From: an uncultured cyanobacterium | GTDB taxonomy: Bacteria > Cyanobacteriota > Cyanobacteriia > Cyanobacteriales > Nostocaceae | DNA: 64,000 bases | Assembly: GCA_963740315.1 (NCBI GenBank) | Contig: CAVUDP010000002.1 | Coordinates: 3,648,001-3,712,000, forward strand | Direction of reading: 5' to 3' | Part shown: piece by piece, positions 1 to 10,278 of the stretch | How the letters are laid out: every line of letters starts with the position of its first letter | How positions within the stretch are numbered: position 1 is the stretch's first letter | The notes under the pieces: model-generated | What the model was told of the DNA's origin: nothing | Databases searched by the model: none | The model's input: only the letters and a program-made list of their open reading frames with translations | Position numbers and translations under genes: made by a program

Positions 1-1151
1 AACATCCTTACCTTGATTTTCCACCCCATAAATTCTGCCACCTTCCTCCTTCGCTTCCGGTTGCCCGCAATCAAACACAACACCATCACCGGGTTTGATT
101 GGGATGGAGAGGTTATGTATAACGTCTCTACATATCGTTACCTTTTCCTTATTAATGCGTTTAACTTCTCCCAAATAAACCCCACGCTTCTTACCAAACC
201 GAGCGTGAACCAATTCTTGATTGTTAATTCCCTCAAACCATCCCGTATAAATTCCCCGCGAAAACGCCATTTCCAGATTGTATTTTTCTCGATCCCCCCC
301 TTTATAAGGGGGGCTAGGGGGGATCTCTTTCTTCAACCTATCCAAAGTATCGCGATAAACCTTAGTCACATTCGCTACATACTCCGGCGACTTCAAACGT
401 CCTTCAATTTTTAAACAACTGACTCCAGATTTCACCAAATCCGGCAGAACATCAAGCCCCGCCAAATCTTGAGGACTGAGAAGATATTTGCGATCGCCCA
501 ACTCAACAACTTCCCCATCTGCGATTAACTCGTAGGTCATGCGGCAAGCTTGGGCACATTCACCACGGTTAGCCGAACGTCCTCCCAAGGCTTCACTAGT
601 CAAACATTGTCCGGAATAAGCAACGCACAAAGCACCATGAACAAAAACTTCCAAAGGTAAGGTTTCATTTGTCTGCTGCTGTATCTTCTTAATTTCCTGA
701 ATCGAACATTCCCGCGCCAACACCACCAAATTACAACCTAGCTCCTTCGCAAACTCTACCCCAGCAGCACTAGTTACCGTCATCTGCGTAGATGCATGGA
801 TGGGAAAGTCGGGTGAAATGTGGCGAATCAAACGACAAATACCGACATCTTGAACGATAACCGCATCAACTCCAGCAGCAATAATTGATTTTATATAGCG
901 CTGTGCTTGTTTTAATTCTTGGGGAAAAACTAGCGTATTTAAGGTAACGTAACCCTTGACTCCTCGGAGGTGAAGAAACTGCATTAACTCCGGTAAATCT
1001 GCTTCGGTGAAATTTTCCGCTCGCATTCTAGCGTTGAACTTATCCAAACCAAAGTAGATCGATCAGCACCATTTTCTACAGCAGCAAGGGCGCATTCCCA
1101 ATTACCAGCAGGAGCGAGAAGTTGAGGTATTTGTAAAGAGTCGGTTGTCAT
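1..1151 (-). CDS. U32 family peptidase / RlhA-like rRNA hydroxylation protein, 5' part (runs off the window); apparent 1-bp frameshift at ~1060
   Basis: Manual translation gives MTTDSLQIPQLLAPAGNWECALAAVENGAD, then in a shifted frame IYFGLDKFNARMRAENF ... HGALCVAYSGQC ... ANRGECAQACR ... LKIEGRLKSPEYV, the U32 signature motifs. Confidence 0.85.
292..326. repeat. Small dispersed cyanobacterial repeat (ATCCCCCCTAGCCCCCCTTATAAAGGGGGGGAT on - strand) in frame within the U32 gene
   Basis: C-run/G-run hairpin that translates as IPPSPPYKGGD between conserved U32 blocks. Confidence 0.6.
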
Positions 1152-1258
1152 AGCGGGTAGAAATGAGATAACAACATTGCGATCGTATCATTGGTGGTGG
1201 GGGATGGTGAAATATGCCATAAGCATATAGTCTGTTTTAATGACAGTTATAAATAAAA

Positions 1259-2026
1259 ATGGATGATATTCAATTACAGTTATATCAAATAGTTAGTAAT
1301 TTAAAACCCACTCAAATAGCTCTTCTTCTTGAAATGGCAAGAGCTATGACAGTAGAGATTGAAGAGTACGTTAATGAAAGTAGTGACATTATCTCTCCTG
1401 AATTTGCTACAAATTTTTCTAATCGTCTTTTAATTCATCATGCTACTCATGCTGATAAATTTGCTAAGAAAGCATTTGAATACGCTTTTGCTAATGCATC
1501 AATTGCAACAGGTAAATCAGCACAAGTAGTCTTCAGTTCAACTAATCCAGGTACAGATGTTGTCGTAGATGGAGTAAATTTTTCACTTAAAACGGAAGCT
1601 TCAGCACGTATTAATAGAAAAAAGATTACAATTTCAAAATTAATGGAAGCTCGATGGATTCGAGAATGTAATAATAAAGAAGATTTTGCAAATGGTGTAG
1701 CAACTCGTGTTGTCAGCCATTTACAACAATACCAACGTATTTTGATATTAAGAGGATATAATCTGTCTCGAAATCTAATCAAATACGAATTAATAGAGAT
1801 TCCCCACAATTTATTCTTAGAAATCATAAATTTGACTCCAAGCGACTTTACAGAAAAAACTGCAAGCGGTAGTTGTCGAGCTTATGTATACATCGGTGAT
1901 AATAAAGCGTTTACTTTAAGCTTAGATGGCAGCGTTGAAAAAGTTACAATTTTAGGTTTAGATACTAATTTATGTTTTTATCACGCTTCGTGGATTATTC
2001 CAACCGTTACTGAAGAACGGGATTAA
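1259..2026 (+). CDS. Type II restriction endonuclease, SmaI-like
   Basis: Convergent with a C5 MTase. Motifs RLLIHH, FEYAF, TNPGTD..SLKTEA, ISKLME, YELIEIP and LDGSVEK match R.SmaI as I recall it, with a PD-(D/E)xK-like core. Confidence 0.75.
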   Translation: MDDIQLQLYQIVSNLKPTQIALLLEMARAMTVEIEEYVNESSDIISPEFATNFSNRLLIHHATHADKFAKKAFEYAFANASIATGKSAQVVFSSTNPGTDVVVDGVNFSLKTEASARINRKKITISKLMEARWIRECNNKEDFANGVATRVVSHLQQYQRILILRGYNLSRNLIKYELIEIPHNLFLEIINLTPSDFTEKTASGSCRAYVYIGDNKAFTLSLDGSVEKVTILGLDTNLCFYHASWIIPTVTEERD

Positions 2027-3266
2027 ATAAAGATAACTGAAAATAAGATGTTTCCTTCGATACCGTTTGAATATCTTCGTCTGTTAAATGCGTATTTGGA
2101 AGAATAATTGAGTTAATTGATGGTTTGCGATCGCTTAAAATCCATTCACAAAGTTTTGCTAACTGATATGAAATAAGCGGAGGAACAGCATCTCCTATTT
2201 GTCTGTAAATATTTGATATGCCAGGAGCAATAAATTTATAATCTTTAGGAAATCCTTGAAGAATAGACATTTCTCTAATTGTACAAAGACGATTTTGTTC
2301 GGGATGAGCGTAACGTCCATTGCCAATATGGGAACATTCCCGTTTAATTGTTACAGCAGGTTTATCCCAGCATAAACGCCCATAGACATCCGGATGGGAG
2401 CCAAATTTACCTTGAGCAATATAACGTAGCATTGCAGGAGTTAAAACTTCTTTTGCTTCTGGATAATCTTTAATATCTCTCCAAGAGCCTCCATTTTTGG
2501 GAATTAACTGCAATCGTCTTAAATTTGTTAGGGAAGAGAAATTAGGTGCAAAATGTAAAGCATCATCTGGATGAGCTTTTCCTGCATCTACGGGTGGCAA
2601 ATTAGAAATAGCTCTTCTAACATGAGTAGCTTCTAAATCAACTGTAAAACCAGCCCATAATTCATCCAAAGTTCTTAGCTGTAAATCTTTTTTAACTGCA
2701 ATAACAAATGCTCTTTCTCTACGTTGCGGAAGTCCAAATTTATTAAGTAAATGAACTTCACTGTAAATGTTATACCCAAGCTTAACAAGTTTTTCTTGAA
2801 GCTTTTTGTAATGATGAGTAAACTTTCCAACTATTAATTCTCTAGCGTTTTCCATCAAAAAAATCGTAGGTTTAAATTCCTCTACGAACAAACCACAACG
2901 AGTCACTAGGGAATTACGAGAATCATCCACAATATGATTATTTGGCAAAGTTCTGGAAAACCCGGTACAAGGAGGACAAGCAATTAAAACAGTTGGCGTT
3001 TTATTAGCTAAAGATGAACCGATAATATGACTTAAAGTCTTAGGCTCTAATAATCTAAGATCGGCGTTTATAGGTTCTATACCGATATTTTCTTGATAGC
3101 TAAGATTACAATTTAATGAACCTTTACTACTACTTGGTTTAGCAATTTGAGTATCGACAGCAGCCACTACTTGAAAATTTGGATGAGCGTGAAAACCATA
3201 ACTCATACCTCCCGCACCTGAAAATAAATCTATTACAGTCCATTTATTATTTAAAGTCTTTTGCAT
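2007..3266 (-). CDS. DNA (cytosine-5)-methyltransferase
   Basis: Motif I DLFSGAGG, IV PPCTGFS, VI ENA, VIII QRRER, IX RLCTIREMSILQGFP, X YRQIGDAVPP. Confidence 0.95.
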   Translation of the reverse strand: MQKTLNNKWTVIDLFSGAGGMSYGFHAHPNFQVVAAVDTQIAKPSSSKGSLNCNLSYQENIGIEPINADLRLLEPKTLSHIIGSSLANKTPTVLIACPPCTGFSRTLPNNHIVDDSRNSLVTRCGLFVEEFKPTIFLMENARELIVGKFTHHYKKLQEKLVKLGYNIYSEVHLLNKFGLPQRRERAFVIAVKKDLQLRTLDELWAGFTVDLEATHVRRAISNLPPVDAGKAHPDDALHFAPNFSSLTNLRRLQLIPKNGGSWRDIKDYPEAKEVLTPAMLRYIAQGKFGSHPDVYGRLCWDKPAVTIKRECSHIGNGRYAHPEQNRLCTIREMSILQGFPKDYKFIAPGISNIYRQIGDAVPPLISYQLAKLCEWILSDRKPSINSIILPNTHLTDEDIQTVSKETSYFQLSLFNPVLQ

Positions 3267-3442
3267 ATAAAAATATTCGTCGTTGATGACTATAACTATT
3301 AAAAGGTTTCTTTTTTATTTAATTGTTGATGGAATGCAACTATTAATTGATAAAAAATATTTTAATGCATTTGCAAAAAATAATCCATAAATATTTTTTT
3401 CATAGATTATTGAAAACAGCATGATATTTTTTAATAATTGAA

Positions 3443-4372
3443 TTATGGCAATCCCCAAACTTTCATACAGCCCTCTTCACTCCAGCTAACAATAGTTAAT
3501 TCATCCGGGCTGATAGCAACACGACGAATTTCACATGAATGTCCTTTCAAAGTGCAAATTCTTTCACCAGTTACGAGATTAAATACTTTTATCGAATTAT
3601 CAATATCAGCACAAACTAAAATTTTTCCATTAGAAGTCATGGATGTAGGTATTGATTCCGGAAATCGAACACTAGAATATTTAATATCAAAACTATTAAC
3701 TATCTGGTTTGTGATTAAATCCCAAACTTTAACATATTCATCTCTACTACCGCTGACAATAAGCTTGCCATCAGAATTAATAGCAACAGAATCGATAACT
3801 TGACGACGGGGTATATTGAAAGTGGGAACTTCTTGATATGTTTGCAAATTCCATACTTTGGTTTCGTAATTATGAACTTGACTAATTAAAGTTTTTCCGT
3901 CAGGGCTGATTATGAGATAATTAACTTTGTAAGTATGCCCGTTTAGCTTACGAATAAGTTTACCTGTTGGTAAATCCCATATAGATATAGCCTTTTCATC
4001 TTCTAAACTCCCACCAACAAACAAAGTTTTTCCATCGGGGCTAATAGCTAGAGGAGCTGATTTTCCTGCATGAAAACGCTTAAATAATTCTGCTGTTAAT
4101 AAATCGGATATCTCAATCCAACCATCATAATTAGTAACGAAAGTTTCTAAATCTGGATTAACAATTAGGCTAAAACCTATAGTGTATTTATAGAGATGCT
4201 TTGATTGGCAAATTAGCTCACCTTTGGATAAATCCCAAACTCTAAGAATAGAGTAACAGCTACTTACAAGAATTTGTCCATCGGGGCTAATAGTTAAGGC
4301 ATTTATATGTTCTGGATGATCTTCTAATGTATGAAGGCATTTAAAAAGCGGATAAATATAATGTTCTGTCAC
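3443..4372 (-). CDS. WD40-repeat protein
   Basis: Repeated GH...AISPDG...KVWD/WN units. Confidence 0.9.
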   Translation of the reverse strand: MTEHYIYPLFKCLHTLEDHPEHINALTISPDGQILVSSCYSILRVWDLSKGELICQSKHLYKYTIGFSLIVNPDLETFVTNYDGWIEISDLLTAELFKRFHAGKSAPLAISPDGKTLFVGGSLEDEKAISIWDLPTGKLIRKLNGHTYKVNYLIISPDGKTLISQVHNYETKVWNLQTYQEVPTFNIPRRQVIDSVAINSDGKLIVSGSRDEYVKVWDLITNQIVNSFDIKYSSVRFPESIPTSMTSNGKILVCADIDNSIKVFNLVTGERICTLKGHSCEIRRVAISPDELTIVSWSEEGCMKVWGLP

Positions 4373-4414
4373 AGATTATTTCACTTAATACTATTGAAAA
4401 ATACGTTTTATAGT

Positions 4415-4464
4415 TAAACCGCATCATCATCACTTTCCAACTCAACCACTTCAAACTTCACCTT
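4415..4464. repeat. Copy 1 of a ~50-bp imperfect direct repeat (3' end of a Uma2 gene); copy 2 at ~7146-7198
   Basis: catcatcatcactttccaactcaaccacttcaaacttcacctt versus catcaccatcactcttcaactcaaccacttcaaacttcacttt; both encode KVKFEVVEL on the - strand. Confidence 0.8.
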
Positions 4465-4786
4465 TTTCTAAATATATTCTTAATAAGAGTTTATTGTCAT
4501 GATTAGTTTGCAATAAAATATTTCTTTTGTCTGGTTTGACTAAAAGTTCATCAATTTTTGATGATTCTCTTGATTCGGTTTCATCTCCTTTTGCAAGTGC
4601 TTTAGCCAAAGACTAATGTGTTTTGAAGAAGTACGTCTAAAGTTAAATTATCAGGTCTAATATTCATGTGATTACCCTGTTAATACTACTGCTGCAAATT
4701 GTAGTATAGCTTACATAAATATGGTTTCAGTACATACTGATAAGAACTGCTAGTCTGGTTTGAAAAAAATATATCTACTTTTTGAA

Positions 4787-4815
4787 TACTTTAGTCTGTA
4801 GAACTATTGTCTACA
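4787..4815 (+). promoter_or_regulatory. C-box operator for the R-M controller protein
   Basis: TACTTTAGTCTGTAGAACTATTGTCTACA, ~20 bp upstream of the C gene, resembles the tandem GACT-n3-AGTC operators of C.AhdI/C.Esp1396I-type systems. Confidence 0.65.
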
Positions 4816-4834
4816 AAGATTTAACTTATGACTT

Positions 4835-5077
4835 ATGCAACTTGGTAAGTTAGATAGCTATTTAGGACAAGAAATACAGCGTCGTCGTGCAGAAAAAGGT
4901 TGGTCACAGGAGTATTTAGCAGAAATTACAGGTCTGCATAGAACTTATATTAGCCAGCTTGAACGCGGTTTAAAAAGTCCTTCTATACGAGTTCTTAGTC
5001 ATATAACGGGAGCTTTGGAAGTGAAGATGAGTGAATTTTTAAAAGGAGTAGAGGAAGCTTTGAGTGCTGACGAGTGA
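4835..5077 (+). CDS. R-M controller (C) protein, XRE HTH
   Basis: 80 aa with SQEYLA..GLHRTYISQLERGLKSPS; overlaps the REase start; C-box upstream. Confidence 0.85.
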   Translation: MQLGKLDSYLGQEIQRRRAEKGWSQEYLAEITGLHRTYISQLERGLKSPSIRVLSHITGALEVKMSEFLKGVEEALSADE

Positions 5078-5813
5078 AGAAATTGAAAGATTAAGAAAGG
5101 CAATAATAGCGACAATAGCATCTCCAGTTATTGGTTCTATAGAAGATTACGCATGGGAAGCTATTTTTCATTATGTTAAGAACCTTTCAATGTTAGATCC
5201 AGCATTAGGACGTAGTAAATTTCTATATGATGCTGTTCATAGAGAAAATGCGATTGGTTGGTCGTTGAAGTCTCTTCAAAAAACTTATCTTTTAGTTGGA
5301 AGTTCTTTTTCATTTGTAATTCAAAGAGCGGATGTTATCAAAAAAGCAGATTTACTTGGTTTCCCTGGGTTGACAGAAAAATCTTCACCTCAAGATATTG
5401 GAGCCGCTATTATTAAACATTGGAATGAAAAAATTATTACCAGTCGTTTAGCACAAGATGTCAGAACTAGTTCCGAAGGAATACTTCTAAAAACCATCAA
5501 AGGTACAGAATATGTTTATTGTGAATTTTCTTTAGAAACATTAGAAGCAGATGCTTTTTCATGGAATTGGACAACAGATAGAAAAACTGGTAAGTCAGGT
5601 GCTGGTTTACAGGGAAGCATCGAAGGAAACGTAGAATTAGTCTGGTATAAAAATCAAAAACAGCTTTTTAGAACTAGAACTATTCCCGAACAAGCAACTC
5701 GTATAACTGTCAAAAGATATCGCCTTAATCCTACTGAGTATGTGGAAACTATTTTGTCATCTTTAGAGCAACAATCTATGCAAGAGTCTTTTGATGAAGA
5801 CAATTCTCCTTAA
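5064..5813 (+). CDS. Type II restriction endonuclease, FspI-like (likely TGCGCA)
   Basis: Lies between the C gene and a convergent C5 MTase. IERLRKAIIATIASPVIGSIEDY.WEAIFHYVK...GWSLKSLQ...ELVWYKNQKQLFR closely matches R.FspI as I recall it. Confidence 0.75.
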   Translation: MLTSEEIERLRKAIIATIASPVIGSIEDYAWEAIFHYVKNLSMLDPALGRSKFLYDAVHRENAIGWSLKSLQKTYLLVGSSFSFVIQRADVIKKADLLGFPGLTEKSSPQDIGAAIIKHWNEKIITSRLAQDVRTSSEGILLKTIKGTEYVYCEFSLETLEADAFSWNWTTDRKTGKSGAGLQGSIEGNVELVWYKNQKQLFRTRTIPEQATRITVKRYRLNPTEYVETILSSLEQQSMQESFDEDNSP

Positions 5814-6954
5814 GTAAAGATGCAGCTATTGCTTTAGAAAGCATTGGAGGAACAGATTCTCCAATTTGAGCAGCCATATTTGTATATGACCCTATAAAGT
5901 GAAAAGTATCGGGATATGAATGTAATCTTGCTGCTTCTCGGATTGTGATAGTTCTATTCTGAGTGGGGTGAAAAAATCTTCCAGAACCAGGATGGAAGAC
6001 CCATTTTGTAATTGTTTTAGCAGGTTTATCCCAAAATAATCTTCCATATGCACCGCTGTAATGCTTTTTCGGAGCTAATTGTGGTGGTAAGTTCCTTGCA
6101 TCTTCTCCTTCTTTTAAGACCTTGGCTCTAGCCATTTGAATCGGACTTAAAGCACGTGCAATATGATTAACAATTTTTTGACTACCGTTACGCATTAATA
6201 ATTGATAACTACTTTGAGCAGGATAAGGATAAAATTCATTAATATAATCTTGACCAGCTTCTAAGGGAGGTAAATCTTCTATTGCGTTCCTAACAGTAAT
6301 AATTGGATTAAGAGATGACCCAAATATGCTCAATTGTAGCTCACAATCCGTTTTCACCAATTGATGTGTTGGTTCTGGAATTGATGCTGCTTGACTATCT
6401 AGAGTTGCGATAAAAAATGCTCTCGATCTCGTTTGCGGTACCCCGTAATCTGCTGCATTTAAAGATGCGGATGTAACTTTATATCCAATCGACTCTAATT
6501 CAGCGTGTATATCATTTTTGACCGTACCATTATATGCTTTTAATATTTCAGGTACGTTTTCCATTACAACGTATAGAGGTCTAAATTCATTTACATACTC
6601 TAAAAAAGTTTTATATAAAAGATTGCGGGGGTCACTTAAATATCGATACTTAGCTGTGACATTGCGGGAAAAACCTTGACAAGGAGGACCACCTATCAAA
6701 GCAGTTAGTTGTTCTTTTTTTAACCCTAATAATAATCTTAATTCTGAAGGATTAATTTGTTGAATATCTTGATGAATAATACGTGCTTCTGGATAGTTGT
6801 GCTGGTACGTCGCCAAAGCTTTATTGTTAATATCAATAGCACATAAGGACTTGAAACCAGCCATATGAAATCCTGTTGACAAGCCACCCGCACCTGCAAA
6901 TAAATCAATAATTGTATGTTTCATAACAATGAATACTAAAGTATTCATTGTCAA
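5776..6954 (-). CDS. DNA (cytosine-5)-methyltransferase, cognate of the FspI-like REase (likely start 6924)
   Basis: DLFAGAGG, GGPPCQGFS, ENV, QTRSR, RTITIREAARL, QIGESVPP motifs. Confidence 0.95.
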   Translation of the reverse strand: MTMNTLVFIVMKHTIIDLFAGAGGLSTGFHMAGFKSLCAIDINNKALATYQHNYPEARIIHQDIQQINPSELRLLLGLKKEQLTALIGGPPCQGFSRNVTAKYRYLSDPRNLLYKTFLEYVNEFRPLYVVMENVPEILKAYNGTVKNDIHAELESIGYKVTSASLNAADYGVPQTRSRAFFIATLDSQAASIPEPTHQLVKTDCELQLSIFGSSLNPIITVRNAIEDLPPLEAGQDYINEFYPYPAQSSYQLLMRNGSQKIVNHIARALSPIQMARAKVLKEGEDARNLPPQLAPKKHYSGAYGRLFWDKPAKTITKWVFHPGSGRFFHPTQNRTITIREAARLHSYPDTFHFIGSYTNMAAQIGESVPPMLSKAIAASLLKENCLHQKTLA

Positions 6955-7140
6955 AAAGCAAGTTATTTAATCGCTTCTTGTGAATGATCATCCAGACCAT
7001 GTTTATTTTCATTATTTAAGTCATAATTTATCCCTAGTAATTCTGTCCTCAATCCTTTTGTGGAATAACAAGCTTTTGAAGGTGCTTTAATAACTTTCCA
7101 ATTACCGTAAAATTCATTCATTAAAGCACATTGACACTAA

Positions 7141-7392
7141 TTAAGTAAACCCCATCATCACCATCACTCTTCAACTCAACCACTTCAAACTTCACTTTGT
7201 TATACAAATCTTGCAGCGAAATCTCAAAGGGTACGCTATTGAAGGTAATATTTTCATCTTCCTCATCATATTCGCACATCACCCATTGTTTCTTTCCAGT
7301 TTTAGAATACTGCTCGACACGAATTTTAGTTCGACCAATTAACAGATATTCTTGAAAAGATTCGATTGTACGATAATCAAATTTACCTTCAA
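7141..7392 (-). pseudogene. Uma2/DUF820 family endonuclease, C-terminal remnant
   Basis: - strand reads KFDYRTIESFQEYLLIGRTKIRVEQYSKTGKKQW...FEISLQDLYNKVKF; the N-terminal half is missing. Confidence 0.75.
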
Positions 7393-7569
7393 TGTTATGC
7401 GCTTGAAATAATCCTTAGTAAATAGTTCATTGGTGCGTGACGCTGTAAGTCTTATAACTACGCACAAAATTTATCTGCATGGTCACATACCCTACAACTA
7501 AAAATCCAAAATCCAAAATCTAAAATCCCCCTCACTCCCACAATCTCCTCCCTTCTTTCCCCTTCAACT

Positions 7570-7803
7570 TCTGTGCCCGTACCCATTCAAGATGCTCTCA
7601 TGTATTAAGCCATGAATAGCCAAACAATCAAGATAATCTAGCTGCAAATCTTCCAACGATTTATTGATCCACCGACGCATTGGATCGGCACCAACTGTCG
7701 GTGGGATTTTACTGGTAACATACAACGAATCGCGGGATACAGACAGCCCAGCTTCGATCGCTTTACCTAAATACTCCTCACTTTTACCATAATGATTAAT
7801 CCC
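7570..7803 (-). pseudogene. Aldo/keto reductase fragment
   Basis: - strand reads GINH/YGKSEEYLGKAI...YVTSKIPP...SLEDLQLDYLDCLAIHGL, followed by a frameshift and truncation. Confidence 0.7.
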
Positions 7804-8589
7804 TTGCGTATAAAACGAATGATAGCAACCATTATCTTCATCTACCTAACCTTCGCTATCTACATCTACTTCCAAGCAGATAGCATGATTTTCTTACCTC
7901 AACCTTCTAGCTATCAAGACACTAACGAAATAATCAAACTAACTAGCGAAGATGGAACCAAACTTTCCGCAATTCACTTATTAAACCCCAACGCGAAATA
8001 CACAATTCTTTTCGCTCATGGTAATGCATCCGATTTAGGTACTATCCAACCCAGACTAGAAGAATTAGAAAATATTGGCTTCAGCGTCTTTGCTTACGAT
8101 TATCGCGGCTATGGTACTAGTGAAGGAAAACCCTCGGAAAAAAATGCTTATAAAGATATTGATACGGCTTACAATTATTTAACCCAAGAATTAAAAATAC
8201 CACCCCAACAAATAATAGTATTTGGACGTTCCGTCGGAGGAGGTTCGGCAATAGATTTAGCTGCTCGAAAACCAGTTGCTGGTTTAATTACCGAAAGTAC
8301 TTTCATTTCAGCATTTAAAGTTAAAGTGCCTTTTCGGCTTTTACCGTTTGATAGATTTCCTAATTTAGAAAAAATTAAAAAAGTCAAATGTCCGGTATTG
8401 ATAATGCATGGAAAAATTGATGATATTGTTCCTTTCTATCACAGCGAAAAATTATTCCAGCAAGCACCTCCACCAAAACTTTATTTATGGGTTGAAGAAG
8501 CGAATCATAATGATTTTACCTATGCCGCTGGGGAAAGATATACAAAAGTTTTAAAAGAGTTTATGGAATTAGTTGATAATTATTCATAA
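7792..8589 (+). CDS. Alpha/beta hydrolase (BEM46/ABHD17-like) with N-terminal membrane anchor; start may be ~7819
   Basis: HGNA, YDYRGYG, GRSVGG nucleophile motif, HGKIDD, NHND. Confidence 0.9.
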   Translation: MINPLRIKRMIATIIFIYLTFAIYIYFQADSMIFLPQPSSYQDTNEIIKLTSEDGTKLSAIHLLNPNAKYTILFAHGNASDLGTIQPRLEELENIGFSVFAYDYRGYGTSEGKPSEKNAYKDIDTAYNYLTQELKIPPQQIIVFGRSVGGGSAIDLAARKPVAGLITESTFISAFKVKVPFRLLPFDRFPNLEKIKKVKCPVLIMHGKIDDIVPFYHSEKLFQQAPPPKLYLWVEEANHNDFTYAAGERYTKVLKEFMELVDNYS

Positions 8590-8617
8590 CAGTTCAAATA
8601 TCTATTACTAAAACTTT

Positions 8618-9442
8618 ATGCCAGAAGGACCAGAAATCAAACAAGCAGCAGACAAAATTTCTTCTGCTATAACTCACTCTCCCGTAGAAGAAATATTCTT
8701 TGCATTTGAACGTCTCAAACCATACGAATCGCAATTAAAACACCATCGCATCACAACAATAGAGACTAAAGGTAAAGCGATGTTGATTCACTTCGATAAC
8801 GAACTTACTATTTACAGTCACAATCAACTTTACGGTAAATGGATGGTGCGTAAAGCTTACAATTATCCTAAAACTAACCGTCAGTTACGTTTAGCAATTC
8901 ACAATCAACAAAATTCAGCATTATTATATAGTGCTTCCGATATTGAAGTTTTAAATAAAGACGAATTAGCACTTCATCCATTTCTTAATCGTCTTGGTCC
9001 CGATATTTTAGATGAAACACTTAATTTAGAACAGGTAATTAATAGATTGCAGGATAAAAAGTTTTGCAAAAAGCGTTTTGCTACTTTATTTCTTGACCAG
9101 CATTTTCTTGCAGGCAACGGTAATTATTTACGTAGCGAAGTTTTATTTGTTGCAAAAGTACATCCTATTTTACGTCCCATAGATTGCGATCGAATACAAC
9201 TGCAAAAACTTGCCCAAGCAGCGCTTGCTGTTCCCAAACAATCTTATCAAACGAAAGGTATTACTAATGATTTAGAGTTAGCAGCAAAATTGAAAGCAAA
9301 GGGATACAAGCGACAGGAATACCGTCATTGGGTATTCGGACGCGAAAATAAACCCTGCTATATTTGCAGCACTTCTATTATTAAAGAAATTACTGCCGGG
9401 AGGCGGTATTATTATTGTCCAAATTGTCAAAAACAAGATTAA
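8618..9442 (+). CDS. nei: Endonuclease VIII
   Basis: N-terminal MPEGPE, SHNQLYG, GNYLRSE, C-terminal C4 zinc finger. Confidence 0.92.
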   Translation: MPEGPEIKQAADKISSAITHSPVEEIFFAFERLKPYESQLKHHRITTIETKGKAMLIHFDNELTIYSHNQLYGKWMVRKAYNYPKTNRQLRLAIHNQQNSALLYSASDIEVLNKDELALHPFLNRLGPDILDETLNLEQVINRLQDKKFCKKRFATLFLDQHFLAGNGNYLRSEVLFVAKVHPILRPIDCDRIQLQKLAQAALAVPKQSYQTKGITNDLELAAKLKAKGYKRQEYRHWVFGRENKPCYICSTSIIKEITAGRRYYYCPNCQKQD

Positions 9443-9979
9443 TCACATACAATTATCAATTGTAATAATTTTAGCTTTTGATAAACCTTATATTGTTCAA
9501 ATAACAGGTTTTTTAATTTTTATAGATGATTTATAATTCCATTTAATTCTGAGTATCGCTAGCTAAATGTAAACATTCTTAACTTTTATTAACTATTGAG
9601 AAACTATTTTAAAGACCTTAATTGTTACTTGTTTACAAATATTAATTGTTAAACGATAGTATATACTCAGTTTTAAGTGAACTTTTATGAATATACTAAT
9701 TAAGAGTAAATTAATAAAAGTTGTAAACTTTCTCCTCAGTTTATTCGTATTTTAAATCACAAAACATTAATTATAATTTAGAAAACTTATCCAATCTCTC
9801 ATTTGTTTGCGATCGCATAGCTTTGTAGAATAGTTAATTCTTAAAATTTATCAACTAATAACTCAATATATTAAGTTTTTTAGAACAGCTGTTTGGGGTT
9901 GTGACTTAATACCGGACATTGCTGTTTAAATTGTGTATCCTGAAAACAACCCATCAAAATTTCATGAAATAGAGGTGTA

Positions 9980-10216
9980 ATGACTCCTAAAATTATGCGT
10001 CAACTTTGGACGGTGGTTGAAAAAACCCAAACCAAGACTTTGTTGCAAATGGATGATGCTAGCTTGGTTGAGTTGTTAGCAAAACAAACAAAAAACCAAG
10101 CATCGCTAGATTGCTGCGAAACCGATTTTCTTTGCGATTACATTCAATCCCGACTTCCTCTTATCCGCGATATAGCCTATGAACGCCAACACAATTTACA
10201 ATCAACCTACAGATAA
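9980..10216 (+). CDS. Small hypothetical protein
   Basis: 78-aa ORF with a GAGG RBS and protein-like composition. Confidence 0.7.
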   Translation: MTPKIMRQLWTVVEKTQTKTLLQMDDASLVELLAKQTKNQASLDCCETDFLCDYIQSRLPLIRDIAYERQHNLQSTYR

Positions 10217-10278
10217 ACTTGTTCAAAAATCATTACCAGATTTTGACAAACAACCCACGCTACATTCATCGAAAATAA

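Noticed and set aside
13..414. 133-aa + strand ORF
   Set aside because: Antisense shadow of the U32 gene.
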